A DNA stretch of 64,000 nucleotides from Planctomycetota bacterium (GTDB lineage: Bacteria > Planctomycetota > Planctomycetia > JALXBF01). Location of the stretch: the NCBI GenBank assembly GCA_026991575.1, contig JALXBF010000065.1:62001-126000 (forward strand). The letters are read 5' to 3'. Positions 8,570-18,404 of this stretch are shown one piece after another. The position numbers were made by a program, and so were the translations under genes. The stretch's first letter is position 1. The number at the start of each line of letters is the position of its first letter. The notes beneath the pieces are model-generated. The model was not told where the DNA came from. It ran no database searches and saw nothing but the letters and a program-made list of their open reading frames with translations.

Positions 8570-10927
8570 GTGTCCGCACGCCAGACAACCAGGCCGAACA
8601 GGCCGGCTGCCCATGCTGGCGCCGCCCCCACACCCGCCTCGACTCCCCTTCTTTTCTGCCTCTTGCTGTGGCCTCTGACCGCACCAGAGCCATTTGTTCG
8701 GGTCCAAGCCGATGAGTTTCCTCCCGATCGCGGCCGCGCCAACCTGGCACTGGGCAAGCCAGTGATCTATCTGCCCGAGCCGAACTACCCTCTGACGGCG
8801 CGCGGCAACAGCGACCCTCTGGATCTGACCGACGGCCGCACTTCGGCCCGGCCTGACCGGCACATCTGGTTCGATGCCGGGGCGGTAGCCTGGTCGTACG
8901 CCGGCAGAGTGAACCTGGCGTTGGATCTGGGAACACTGGCCCGGATCGACGAAGTTGCAATTCGCCTTCTGGGCGGGTCGCCGCAGGCCGGGGTCAGCTT
9001 CCCGGGCTGGATCGAGCTGCTCGTTAGCACCGACGGCGAGCACTTTGTCCGGGTTGCTCAGTGCTCGCGCTGGCGTTCCGGCGACTTTCGGCGCTACGGC
9101 GTGCCGCCCGAAACGGGAAAAGCCTGGATCCACTGCTTGCGGTTCGCGGATCTGGACGTGGTGGCTCGCTGGGTGGCAATCCGGATGTACACGGGGGGGC
9201 TCTCGGCGAGCGACGAACTGTACGTCTTCGGTAAGCCGCTCGAAGACCCGATCGACACAGCACCACCACCAGCGCAATCACGCGGCGAAATGACCGGATT
9301 CACAGTGCGGCACCCCCAAGTCTACTTCCACAAGCCACGGATTCAGATAGCCACCAACCTTCCTCTGCCCACACCCATCGGTATCCTTGTGCCGGTGCAG
9401 GAACGGTCTGAGGCGGTTGAGCTGGTTCTGGAGCTGCCGCCCGAGGTGCACCTGGTGGCCGGTTCTCTGGCAAACGCCTCCGCGGAACAACTCCCCAACG
9501 GTCCGGCCGGTGGCCGCCGAAGATATCGGTTCCGTTTCCGGGCCACCACGACTACGAAGGTGCTTGGCCGACTGTACCTGCAAGCAGCAGGCTGGCCCCA
9601 CGGCGGCCGGGGCCGGCTTCGCTACCGCTTTCGCTGTCGCCACTGGCAGAGCCCGTGGCTGACCGTGCCGGTGGAGGCCGTCTTAGTTCCGCGGGCTCGT
9701 CAGCCTCAGCGTCTCATGGTCGGCCTTGGTTGGTGGTCGATTGATGCCACCATGCGGTGGCCGAACGTGCTGGAGGTCTGGCAGCACCTGGGGATCAACA
9801 CGTTTCCGATTTTCGCACGTTGGATGAGAGCGGGGCATGCGGGTTGGCCGTTGGTCGAGGAGGCCAGGCGGCGAGGGTTTCGCATCCTGCATATCGACTC
9901 ACCGTTTCACCACCTGCTGAATCGCCGAAAGGACGAGCGACAGATCTACGACCAACTCGGCGACGGCCGAACCGGATCCCGCCTGTGCATCTCGTACCGG
10001 GGGCGGTTCTATCGGGAGGAGCTGGAGCTGTTCGCTCAGGCTGTGGCCCGCGCGCGGCCGGACTTCGTGAGCCTGGACATCGAACTGTGGAGCTGGCGCG
10101 GTCCGGTCGATGCCCGTCGGTGCCGGCGCTGCCGGGAGGACTTCGAAGCATCCGGTTTGACGAGCTGGGAAGAGTGGTTCGTTTCCAAAGGGGAAGAAAT
10201 CTGGCGCGACCTGGTCACCGCTGCCCGCGATGCTCTGGACCGCAGGCGGATCCAGCCGCGGTTCGAAATCGGCGGCTACGACTTCCGCCCCGGCACGGCG
10301 TACCAGAACGTCTGGCCGTTTGATCGGCTCTACCCCGAATGGCTCCAAAGTGGACAGGTTTCGACCTATACGTGCCTCTATCCGTACCACCTCGCACTCA
10401 TAGGGGATGAGGTGCGGCAAGACCGCTTGAAGCTGCCACGCAGTGACCTGCTGCCGTGGATCACGCCGGGCGACGCGGGCACGTTTCCCGGAGAGGCGTT
10501 CCAGTGGGCGCTGCTGGAGTGCTACTGCAATGGAGCCAGAGGCGTGTACTTCTGGTCAGGACGCGTCTGGGATGCGGAGAGTCTGATCGCATTGAACCGC
10601 GTTGTGCGTGCACTGGCTCCCGTGGAGCGAGTGATTCTGGAGGGTCGGCCCGTGCAGGGCGAGGCGCAGGTGGTGGGACCAGGCAGGGTCGTGGGCATGG
10701 CCCGGGGCAACGAGATGGTCCTGTTGGTCGCCGACTACGGTCGAGCCTCAAACGGTTCGGTAAGGCTCAGGCTGAGGCTGAAACACAAGGCACGCGTGAT
10801 GGACCTCATGGCAGCGCGTGGACTGCTCGTGTGTTCGGCTGGCGAGCAAACGGTAACGATCGAGTTGGCCGGTGACCGGGCCAAACTGCTTTGGGTTCGT
10901 CCTGCACGAGTGCGGCCGTCGCGCTAG
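8570..10927 (+). CDS. Secreted hypothetical protein: discoidin/F5-8-like N-terminal domain plus putative glycoside hydrolase TIM barrel
   Basis: Hydrophobic leader; NLALGKPV...LTDG...LDLG...VSTDGEHF discoidin-like pattern; VSLDIE followed by CRRC; C-terminal GVYFW. Start uncertain. Confidence 0.6.
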   Translation: MSARQTTRPNRPAAHAGAAPTPASTPLLFCLLLWPLTAPEPFVRVQADEFPPDRGRANLALGKPVIYLPEPNYPLTARGNSDPLDLTDGRTSARPDRHIWFDAGAVAWSYAGRVNLALDLGTLARIDEVAIRLLGGSPQAGVSFPGWIELLVSTDGEHFVRVAQCSRWRSGDFRRYGVPPETGKAWIHCLRFADLDVVARWVAIRMYTGGLSASDELYVFGKPLEDPIDTAPPPAQSRGEMTGFTVRHPQVYFHKPRIQIATNLPLPTPIGILVPVQERSEAVELVLELPPEVHLVAGSLANASAEQLPNGPAGGRRRYRFRFRATTTTKVLGRLYLQAAGWPHGGRGRLRYRFRCRHWQSPWLTVPVEAVLVPRARQPQRLMVGLGWWSIDATMRWPNVLEVWQHLGINTFPIFARWMRAGHAGWPLVEEARRRGFRILHIDSPFHHLLNRRKDERQIYDQLGDGRTGSRLCISYRGRFYREELELFAQAVARARPDFVSLDIELWSWRGPVDARRCRRCREDFEASGLTSWEEWFVSKGEEIWRDLVTAARDALDRRRIQPRFEIGGYDFRPGTAYQNVWPFDRLYPEWLQSGQVSTYTCLYPYHLALIGDEVRQDRLKLPRSDLLPWITPGDAGTFPGEAFQWALLECYCNGARGVYFWSGRVWDAESLIALNRVVRALAPVERVILEGRPVQGEAQVVGPGRVVGMARGNEMVLLVADYGRASNGSVRLRLRLKHKARVMDLMAARGLLVCSAGEQTVTIELAGDRAKLLWVRPARVRPSR

Positions 10928-11023
10928 GCCTCCCCCACGGCCGCGCGAGCGATCAGCCTGGCACGACGTGAACCGCCTCACCGCCGACATATTTGCCACC
11001 ACACCCCCTGCCAAGGAGTCACG

Positions 11024-12613
11024 ATGCTTGCTCCCGTGACTGTGCCGTCCGCGCGGTACGTTGCCCTCTTGCTGTGCGGTTTGCTTGCCCTGGCAGGTAC
11101 CGGTCCGAGCGCATGGCCGGCCGATCCTGTGATGGGGATCAATCTGGCTGGTCCGGCGGACTGGAACACCGAACTACCGTTCGTCGACGTCTTTCGCATG
11201 GCGCGACCGTGGATCAGCCAGCGCGCGGGAGCCCCATGGGGACAGGGACCGAAGCTGGAGCTCGACGAGCACGGCTGGGTTCGGCGGCTCGAACCGAACT
11301 GTTGGGCAGAAACGCTACTGTGCACGATTCCGGACGGCCACTACCCGTCGGGCAGGTACCACGTGTCCTATCGGGGCCGCGGCCGGCTGGAATTCGGTGG
11401 TGCCGCGCGCGTGGTTCGCTCTGAACCGGGACGCATCGTCCTGCAGGTCGATGCGCGGCGTGGTCCGATCTTCCTGCGTGTCGTTGAGACTGATCCCAAC
11501 GACTACGTCCGAGACATCCACGTCATCATGCCCGGTTTTGAACAGCGCTGGCGCGACCATCCGTTCCATCCGCTCTTCCTCGCCCGGTGGCGTGGCATGG
11601 CATGTATCCGGTTCATGGACTGGATGAAGACGAACGGATCACCGATCCGCCGTTGGTCGGAACGGCCCAAGCCTGAGGATGCGACCTTCATGGTGCGGGG
11701 GGTCCCGCTGGAATGGATGATCGACCTGTGCAATCGCCTTAACGCTGATCCGTGGTTCTGCATGCCGCATCAAGCCGACGACGATTATGTGCGGCGCTTT
11801 GCGGAGATGGTACGTGAACGGCTCAAGCCGGGGTTGAAAGTCTACGTCGAGTATTCCAACGAGGTCTGGAATCCCATCTTTGACCAGCATGCCTGGGCGG
11901 CCGAGCAGGGCCGCAGGCTGGGGCTGACCCAGAAGCCCTGGGAGGCCGCGTGGCGCTACACAGGCTATCGCTCTAGGCGGATTTTCCGGATATGGGAAGA
12001 CGTGTTCGGCGGTGCGGACAGATTGATCCGTGTGCTGGCTGCTCAGGCCGTTAACCCGTTCGTTTCCCGCATGGTGCTCGAAAGCGCCGCCGCCCATGAG
12101 CAGGCTGACGCGCTGGCGGTCGCCCCGTATATCGGACTGAACGTCGCACCCGATCAAGCCGAAGCGATCTTGCAGCTGGGGGTTAATGGACTGTTCCGCC
12201 GGCTGTGGAAGCGATCGTTGCCGAGGGCCATTGCTGCTATCGGCGCTCAGAAGCAGGTGGCTGACCAGTACGGGCTGGAATTGATAGCCTACGAGGGAGG
12301 GCAGCACCTCGTAGGCGTCCGTGGTGCCGAGAACAATGAACGGTTGACTCGCCTGTTCCACCGAGTCAACGCACACGAGGAGATGGCAAGATTGTACGAC
12401 GCATACTTCGCCGCCTGGCAAAACGCCGAAGGTGGACTGTTCTGCTACTTTTCATCCGTCGCGCGGTGGAACAAGTGGGGCTCCTGGGGGGTGCTGCAGT
12501 ATGCCGATGAGGATCCGGCCGTCAGTCCCAAGTACCGCGCGCTGGTGCGGTGGGCTCGCCGGTGGGGACAGCCGGTGCAAGCTGTTCGAGTTTCTCCGTT
12601 CAATCCGCGGTAG
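11024..12613 (+). CDS. Secreted putative clan GH-A glycoside hydrolase (often annotated as cellulose-binding protein)
   Basis: Signal peptide; IRFMDW, PWFCMPH, VEYSNEVWN (acid/base-like), AYEGGQH (nucleophile-like), GSWG. Confidence 0.7.
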   Translation: MLAPVTVPSARYVALLLCGLLALAGTGPSAWPADPVMGINLAGPADWNTELPFVDVFRMARPWISQRAGAPWGQGPKLELDEHGWVRRLEPNCWAETLLCTIPDGHYPSGRYHVSYRGRGRLEFGGAARVVRSEPGRIVLQVDARRGPIFLRVVETDPNDYVRDIHVIMPGFEQRWRDHPFHPLFLARWRGMACIRFMDWMKTNGSPIRRWSERPKPEDATFMVRGVPLEWMIDLCNRLNADPWFCMPHQADDDYVRRFAEMVRERLKPGLKVYVEYSNEVWNPIFDQHAWAAEQGRRLGLTQKPWEAAWRYTGYRSRRIFRIWEDVFGGADRLIRVLAAQAVNPFVSRMVLESAAAHEQADALAVAPYIGLNVAPDQAEAILQLGVNGLFRRLWKRSLPRAIAAIGAQKQVADQYGLELIAYEGGQHLVGVRGAENNERLTRLFHRVNAHEEMARLYDAYFAAWQNAEGGLFCYFSSVARWNKWGSWGVLQYADEDPAVSPKYRALVRWARRWGQPVQAVRVSPFNPR

Positions 12614-12634
12614 CAGTGCAGGGCTTCCAACGAC

Positions 12635-14647
12635 TCAGCGATGGGAACAGACCACGCCGAGTGCGATCTGTTCGAGCGGGATCGGCTCAAAGCCGATGCG
12701 ACGTACCGCTGCTGCATCCTTGAACCGTAGCCGGACCGGGCGCTTGGATCGATCGTAGACGATGCGTACCCAACGTGGGTCGTTGTCGAAGACCAGGTTG
12801 TTCTCGATGCGTTGCAGGTGTCGCGTGCCAGGGTGAATGTCGTCCCAGCTTCCGCCGGCGCTGATGTTCCTCACGAACACGTTCCGTTTCGGGACGCCCG
12901 GGTCATCCTCGAGAATAGTGGCCAGTGTCGGGTAACGGCGCCGCCAGAGAGGGCTGCGGAACGGCACGGCACGGAGCCGCCGCTGCAAGGTCCCGTTCGG
13001 ATCCATCGTTGCGGCCTTCTGCCACGTCATCCCTCGGTTGTCGACGTGGGCCGCCTTCCAACAGCGCACAAAGACGTTGTTGTCGACCACGTTGTCGTCG
13101 CCGCCACCGATGAACACTGCCCGCGAGCAGTCCACGAACAGATTGCCATAGATCGTGTGCCCGCACAGCTGGTCGTCCAGGTAGACGGTCATGCCACCCA
13201 GCCCGCCGTAGCCGCGGATGTCGTGCCAGTAGTTGTGCCGGAGCACGGTACCACGCTGTGTCCAATCGCGACCGACGTAGTAGGCCCCTGCGTCACCACT
13301 CTCGTACACGACGCGGAAGACTTCGTTGAACTCAATCACGTGGTCGTTTCCCGGCGCGCTCAGTGCCATGTGCGGCGCGTCGTGAATCACATTGTGGGCA
13401 ATCCGGTTGCCTACGCCACTAACAATCACGCCCGGGTTGTACGTGCGCCACCGGCGGGCGAACCGGTAGATATGATTCCGCTCGATGTTGTGGTGCGCCG
13501 GAGTCAGGCTCGGACGATCACCTCCGCTGGCCGAAACCCCGGTGCTGCCGCAGTACACCAGCTCGCACCCGGCCACTTCGTGCCCCTTCCCGCCGCGGAT
13601 CACAATGCCAGCCAATCCCGTGTTTCGAACGATGCACCGCTTGATACGACACGCCTGGCCCTGAGCAATCTCGATCGCGGTACCCCGGCAGTACTCAAAA
13701 ACGAACCCCTCAAATGTCACGAACGACACGTCGTTCAACCGCAGAAAGCCGTCGCCTTGGGACAACACCGTCCGTACCTGGCGCTTCGGCGGCCAGAAGA
13801 ACACCATGCCGCGGTCGCGGTCGATGTAGTACTCGCCCGGTTGATCCAGTTCGCACAACAGGTTGCTTGCGTACCACCGGGCTCGGCCGGGATCGATACC
13901 GTATTGCGGCTTTACGTCGGTTCTTCGGATCAACAGTCGGTTCTCTACGTCCACACCGGCCAGCGGCTCGTACAGTTCTGCCCAGTCGTATTTCCAGTAG
14001 GCCATCACCCACGGCGCCGGCTCCTGCGACCAGCGGCGCAGCCGATCGCGGCCCAGGTCCACCCGGAGCCGCCGGTCGTCTAGCTTTCCGGCCAGCCCTA
14101 CGAAGCCTTCGTTCGGGTAGCGTGCCAGTGTTGCGGGACGGCCGTCGTAGAACAGTTCAGCTTCGGCAAGCTGTTTCGGCTTGCCAAAACCGCGCACGCT
14201 CAGCTTTCCGACCGTTCTTACCCCGGGCTCGTCCGCAAGTCGCGCCACCTTGACGTGCCGCCGGGCCGCTGGCGGTAGCATCCGGAGAATTGCCGGGTCT
14301 GTAACCGGGCGCCACGTCGTCAGGGGGATGCCGGCCGTGAAGTGCACCGTACCGGCACGTTCGGCCCGATAGATCACCGGTGCCGCTGCAGTGCCGGAGT
14401 CTTCCTTGCCGAACACGACCATCCCATCGAAGCGGTACTTTCCCGGGGCGAAGGTCACAGTTACCGGGATGCGTTCCGAGCGCAGGATCGCACGCACACG
14501 ATCGCGCGCCCCGGCAAGCGTGCGGAGCGGTGCTGATCGGGTACCCGGATTCTCGTCGTTGCCATGTGGTGCCACGTACAGCTCAACTGGTCGGCTCATG
14601 CAATAAAGCAGCAGCAGTAGGAGCCTCGTCGCTAGCTGGCCGCTCAT
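12635..14647 (-). CDS. Secreted right-handed parallel beta-helix protein (polysaccharide lyase or GH141-like)
   Basis: LYVAPHGNDENPGT...PLRTL, ARYPN, ELDQPGEYY, repeated I-x-x-N beta-helix rungs, DAGAYY, VYLDD; signal-like LLLLLL after ATG 14647. Confidence 0.8.
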   Translation of the reverse strand: MSGQLATRLLLLLLYCMSRPVELYVAPHGNDENPGTRSAPLRTLAGARDRVRAILRSERIPVTVTFAPGKYRFDGMVVFGKEDSGTAAAPVIYRAERAGTVHFTAGIPLTTWRPVTDPAILRMLPPAARRHVKVARLADEPGVRTVGKLSVRGFGKPKQLAEAELFYDGRPATLARYPNEGFVGLAGKLDDRRLRVDLGRDRLRRWSQEPAPWVMAYWKYDWAELYEPLAGVDVENRLLIRRTDVKPQYGIDPGRARWYASNLLCELDQPGEYYIDRDRGMVFFWPPKRQVRTVLSQGDGFLRLNDVSFVTFEGFVFEYCRGTAIEIAQGQACRIKRCIVRNTGLAGIVIRGGKGHEVAGCELVYCGSTGVSASGGDRPSLTPAHHNIERNHIYRFARRWRTYNPGVIVSGVGNRIAHNVIHDAPHMALSAPGNDHVIEFNEVFRVVYESGDAGAYYVGRDWTQRGTVLRHNYWHDIRGYGGLGGMTVYLDDQLCGHTIYGNLFVDCSRAVFIGGGDDNVVDNNVFVRCWKAAHVDNRGMTWQKAATMDPNGTLQRRLRAVPFRSPLWRRRYPTLATILEDDPGVPKRNVFVRNISAGGSWDDIHPGTRHLQRIENNLVFDNDPRWVRIVYDRSKRPVRLRFKDAAAVRRIGFEPIPLEQIALGVVCSHR

Positions 14648-15095
14648 GGTGGGTTCCTCACGGAGGCACATGCACGGTGCGGTGGCAATCCGAGGGGCAA
14701 CGGCGGGGCGGATTCCATTGGGCGGTGTCCTAGCCATTATCCGCTAGACCATTTCTCCGGTGCGCTCTTGGCACGTACGCCGGCCCGCCGTCCCACAGCG
14801 GACCTTGGGGCACGACCGCGAGGTAGCCGGGGGGCATCGGATGGAGCGGCCAGCCGCGTGTGAGCCGTGTCGGCATGGGCGAAAACAGTAAAGCCACGTG
14901 CACCGAAGTGGACAGCACACTGCTTCCCCCAGAGGTGCTGTGGACTTGGCATGCAGCGCGACGGGAGTGCGCAGCCTGGCAACCTACAATCATGCAGAGC
15001 GGCCGGTGCTTGGGTGCTGGGCCTGTGCGGCGGAGCCTGTCCGATCTTGTAGCACGGCGACCGCCGGAGTGCCAAAGAACTCCAGAAGGGCGACC

Positions 15096-16730
15096 ATGCT
15101 AGCACGCTGCGTTGCGTTACTGGTGCTCGTGATCGGGCTCTTCGGTGACCGTCCGGTTGCTCGGGGCCAGGATCGGGATCGGTGGCAACGGGAAGCGACG
15201 TTCGTTCGTCTGAGGGTGGCTGCTGATGCTCGGCCGCTGCGGTACAGCCGACGCATCTTCGGTGGCTTCATCGAGCACTTCCACCGGCAGGTTTACGGCG
15301 GCATCTACGATCCGGGATCACCGTTTGCAGACGAGCGCGGCTTTCGGCTCGACGTTATCCGGGCCCTGCGAGCATTGAAGTTGGCCATCGTGCGCTGGCC
15401 GGGGGGATGTTTTGCCAGCGGCTATCACTGGCGCGATGGGGTCGGGGCTGACCGCCGGCCGGTTCCGGACCCGGTGTGGGGTGTGGTCGAGCCCAACCAA
15501 TTTGGAACCGACGAGTTTGTGCAATGGTGTCGTGCGGTCGGGGCAGAGCCCTACATCTGCACGAACGCCGGTAACGGAAGTCCTGAAGAGATGCGCGACT
15601 GGGTTGCGTACTGCAACGCCAGCACGGGGCGCCTTGCGGCACTACGTGCTCGCAACGGAAACCGTCGCCCACACGGCGTGCGCTACTGGAGCATCGGCAA
15701 CGAGAACTACGGTGAGTGGGAGATTGGCCAGAAGACACCGGAGCAGTGGGGGCCGTTTGTGCGGCGATGTGCGGAGCTAATGCGGAGCGTCGACCCGTCG
15801 ATCAAACTGGCTGCCCCCGCGCTCATCTCGGAACATTGGGACCTTCCCCTGTTGCGCACGGCTGGCGACCTGCTGGATTACGTTGCCGTGCACCGCTATT
15901 GGCTGGGGCTTTGGCAGGAGAACAGGCACGTGCCTTACGAACGGTGCCTTGACCTGTTCGATGGACCCGAGCAGGCCATTCAGCAGATGATCGCGATCTT
16001 GCGCAGAGCCGGCCGTCTGGGACAAGTGAAGATCGCATTCGATGAATGGAACCTGCGCGGCTGGCACCATCCGGGGTTCCCTCGCAAGGAGCCTGTGCGA
16101 GAGGATGATCCCGAGGTGCGCTTGCTCATCGCACGCCGCGACCTCAACGCTATTGCCAGCCAGTACACCATGGCCGATGCGGTCTTTGCCGCGTCCTTCC
16201 TGAACGCAAGCCTGCGGCATGCCGATGTCGTCGACATCACCTGCATCGCTCCAATCGTGAACACGCGGGGCCCCCTGTACGTGCATCCCAACGGGATCGT
16301 CAAGCGTACGACCTACCACGTGCTGGCGGTGTACGCCAACGAGCTGGCCGATCACGTTGTGCCGGTCACGAAACAGGCCCCCGATGACGACGCCCGGTGG
16401 ATGCTGCGCTATGTTGACGTGTTGGCGACCACGGATGGCCACAGGTCACGGTGGGCAATCGTGCTGGTCAACCGGCATCCGAAGTTGTCGGTCCGCTGCC
16501 AACTGATGCTCGGCAGACGACCAGTTGACGGAGCCGTGCCGGCGGTGTTGCTTACGGCCGATTCTCCAGAAGCGTACAACGACATCGAGTACCCGGATCG
16601 CGTGGTCCCGCGTCGCATCAAGCAGCTTTTCCGTGACGGCTTCACCGAAATCCCACCGTGCTCGATCACGGTCGTCGCGATCGGAAAGGGTCGGGACGGG
16701 GCCGAGCGTCGCGCCTCCTGGTCGAACTAG
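15096..16730 (+). CDS. abfA: Alpha-L-arabinofuranosidase, GH51
   Basis: FIEH, RWPGGCFA..YHWRDGVG, FGTDEF, WSIGNENYG (acid/base), IAFDEWN (nucleophile); signal peptide from ATG 15096. Confidence 0.92.
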   Translation: MLARCVALLVLVIGLFGDRPVARGQDRDRWQREATFVRLRVAADARPLRYSRRIFGGFIEHFHRQVYGGIYDPGSPFADERGFRLDVIRALRALKLAIVRWPGGCFASGYHWRDGVGADRRPVPDPVWGVVEPNQFGTDEFVQWCRAVGAEPYICTNAGNGSPEEMRDWVAYCNASTGRLAALRARNGNRRPHGVRYWSIGNENYGEWEIGQKTPEQWGPFVRRCAELMRSVDPSIKLAAPALISEHWDLPLLRTAGDLLDYVAVHRYWLGLWQENRHVPYERCLDLFDGPEQAIQQMIAILRRAGRLGQVKIAFDEWNLRGWHHPGFPRKEPVREDDPEVRLLIARRDLNAIASQYTMADAVFAASFLNASLRHADVVDITCIAPIVNTRGPLYVHPNGIVKRTTYHVLAVYANELADHVVPVTKQAPDDDARWMLRYVDVLATTDGHRSRWAIVLVNRHPKLSVRCQLMLGRRPVDGAVPAVLLTADSPEAYNDIEYPDRVVPRRIKQLFRDGFTEIPPCSITVVAIGKGRDGAERRASWSN

Positions 16731-16990
16731 CCTGCGCGATGGCTTTCACGCGCTGTCGGGGCCACAGCCAATCGCACCGGGTTTCCTGGCCGCCGGTAGC
16801 AGCGGCTGACACGCCGTCAGGGTGGCACGCAGCCGGCCTTTCTACTCCATGAGGGACGCGAGCGCGGCGCGCGACGATTGCATCTCGGTAGCATGAAGGT
16901 GGCTCATGCACCACTGAACGCACGCCCTGAAGCAGCCAACTTTGGCTCTAAGGGGCACGGACAGTAGGCCGCCACTGGCGCTGAGATGCC

Positions 16991-18295
16991 ATGCCTTTGA
17001 CCCTCTGGATCCTGCTTTCCGCCGCCGTCCTGGTTACTGCCACGCCGGCCGCTTCAGAACCTATCCGTTCGTTCCCTTGCCCCGATCCGTCCATTCTGGC
17101 CGATGCCAAGGGCCGAGTGTACTTCATCGTCTGCACCGGTCGCGGGATCCCGCTCTGGTTCAGCCGCGATCTGAAGCGATGGCAGCGAGTCGGCCGGATC
17201 TTCCGCGAGGACGTGCCTGAGTGGGCACGCCAGAAGGTACCTACGGCACGGACCATCTGGGCACCAGACCTGAAGCGAGTCGGTAATCGCTATTACATCT
17301 ACTATTCAGTGTCCACACTCTTCCAACAGCGCTCTGTCATCGGGTTGGTGATCGGGACATCGCTCGATCCAGAGCAGCCCTCGTTTCGCTGGCACGACGT
17401 TGGCCAGGTCGTCGAGTCCCGACCGGGCGATGCGTTCAATGCTATTGACCCGGCCCTGCTGGTGACACCGTCGGGCGAGGGCTACCTGTTCTGGGGCTCG
17501 TTCTGGGACGGAATCAAAGCGGCTCCGGTGTCGCTGGAGACGGGTAAGCTCTTGATCCCAGCGCGTCAGGCGAAGGCCGTTGCTCGCCGCGTACCGCCGG
17601 CACCACCGGCCATCGAAGGGGCATACCCGATTTACCGCGAGGGTTGGTATTACTTGTTCGTCTCCTGGGACTACACCTTTGCCGGTGACCCGCAGGAGGC
17701 AACTTACAAGATCGTCGTGGGACGCTCTCGCCACCCCCTTGGTCCGTACGTCGACCGCCTTGGCGTGCCGATGACGCGGGGGGGCGGTGAGCTCGTTCTG
17801 ATGAGCACGCGGCGCTGGCGCGGTACGGGTCACAACAGCGTACTCATTACCGAGACCGGTAGCTGGCTGGTGTACCACGCAATTGACGCGCGAAATCCGC
17901 GGGCCGGTCGACTGCTCCAGGTGCGGCAGCTTCGCTGGATTGACGGCTGGCCCGTGGCCGGACCGCTGGTCCTGCCGAGCACTTCGGACCGGCCCACTAC
18001 GCCGCAGGACCACATCGTCGGCCGCTGGACGCATGTCCAGCCGGATGGCAGACGCGTGGACATTTTCCTGGAACCGAGTGGCCTGATCAGCGGTGTGCGA
18101 ACGGTGGCCCGGTGGCGGCTACTGGCACCGGGGCGGCTGGAGCTGCGCTGGCCCAGCAACCAGGCTCCGGGAGGTGCCTGGGTTGATCGGGTCAGGCTGA
18201 TTGGCCATGAGCGGTACGAGGGCACCAATCAGCTCGGACATCCCGTACGCGGCTGGCGCCGCAGTTGTGCCGTTCCGGGCCTGCAGAGCCGGTAA
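16991..18295 (+). CDS. GH43 endo-1,5-alpha-L-arabinanase-like enzyme with an extra C-terminal beta domain
   Basis: Signal peptide; DPSI, WAPD, NAIDP, WGSFWDGI, AIEGA, GHNS (three-carboxylate GH43 pattern). Confidence 0.88.
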   Translation: MPLTLWILLSAAVLVTATPAASEPIRSFPCPDPSILADAKGRVYFIVCTGRGIPLWFSRDLKRWQRVGRIFREDVPEWARQKVPTARTIWAPDLKRVGNRYYIYYSVSTLFQQRSVIGLVIGTSLDPEQPSFRWHDVGQVVESRPGDAFNAIDPALLVTPSGEGYLFWGSFWDGIKAAPVSLETGKLLIPARQAKAVARRVPPAPPAIEGAYPIYREGWYYLFVSWDYTFAGDPQEATYKIVVGRSRHPLGPYVDRLGVPMTRGGGELVLMSTRRWRGTGHNSVLITETGSWLVYHAIDARNPRAGRLLQVRQLRWIDGWPVAGPLVLPSTSDRPTTPQDHIVGRWTHVQPDGRRVDIFLEPSGLISGVRTVARWRLLAPGRLELRWPSNQAPGGAWVDRVRLIGHERYEGTNQLGHPVRGWRRSCAVPGLQSR

Positions 18296-18404
18296 CGCTG
18301 TCCCCGTTCGCACTGCCACCCGTCACCGCATCTTACAATGGGACCGCTTGGTCTGCTGCCGGCATGCCCGCCCGACGGTTCCGTTCAGACAACGGGGTGA
18401 CAGC

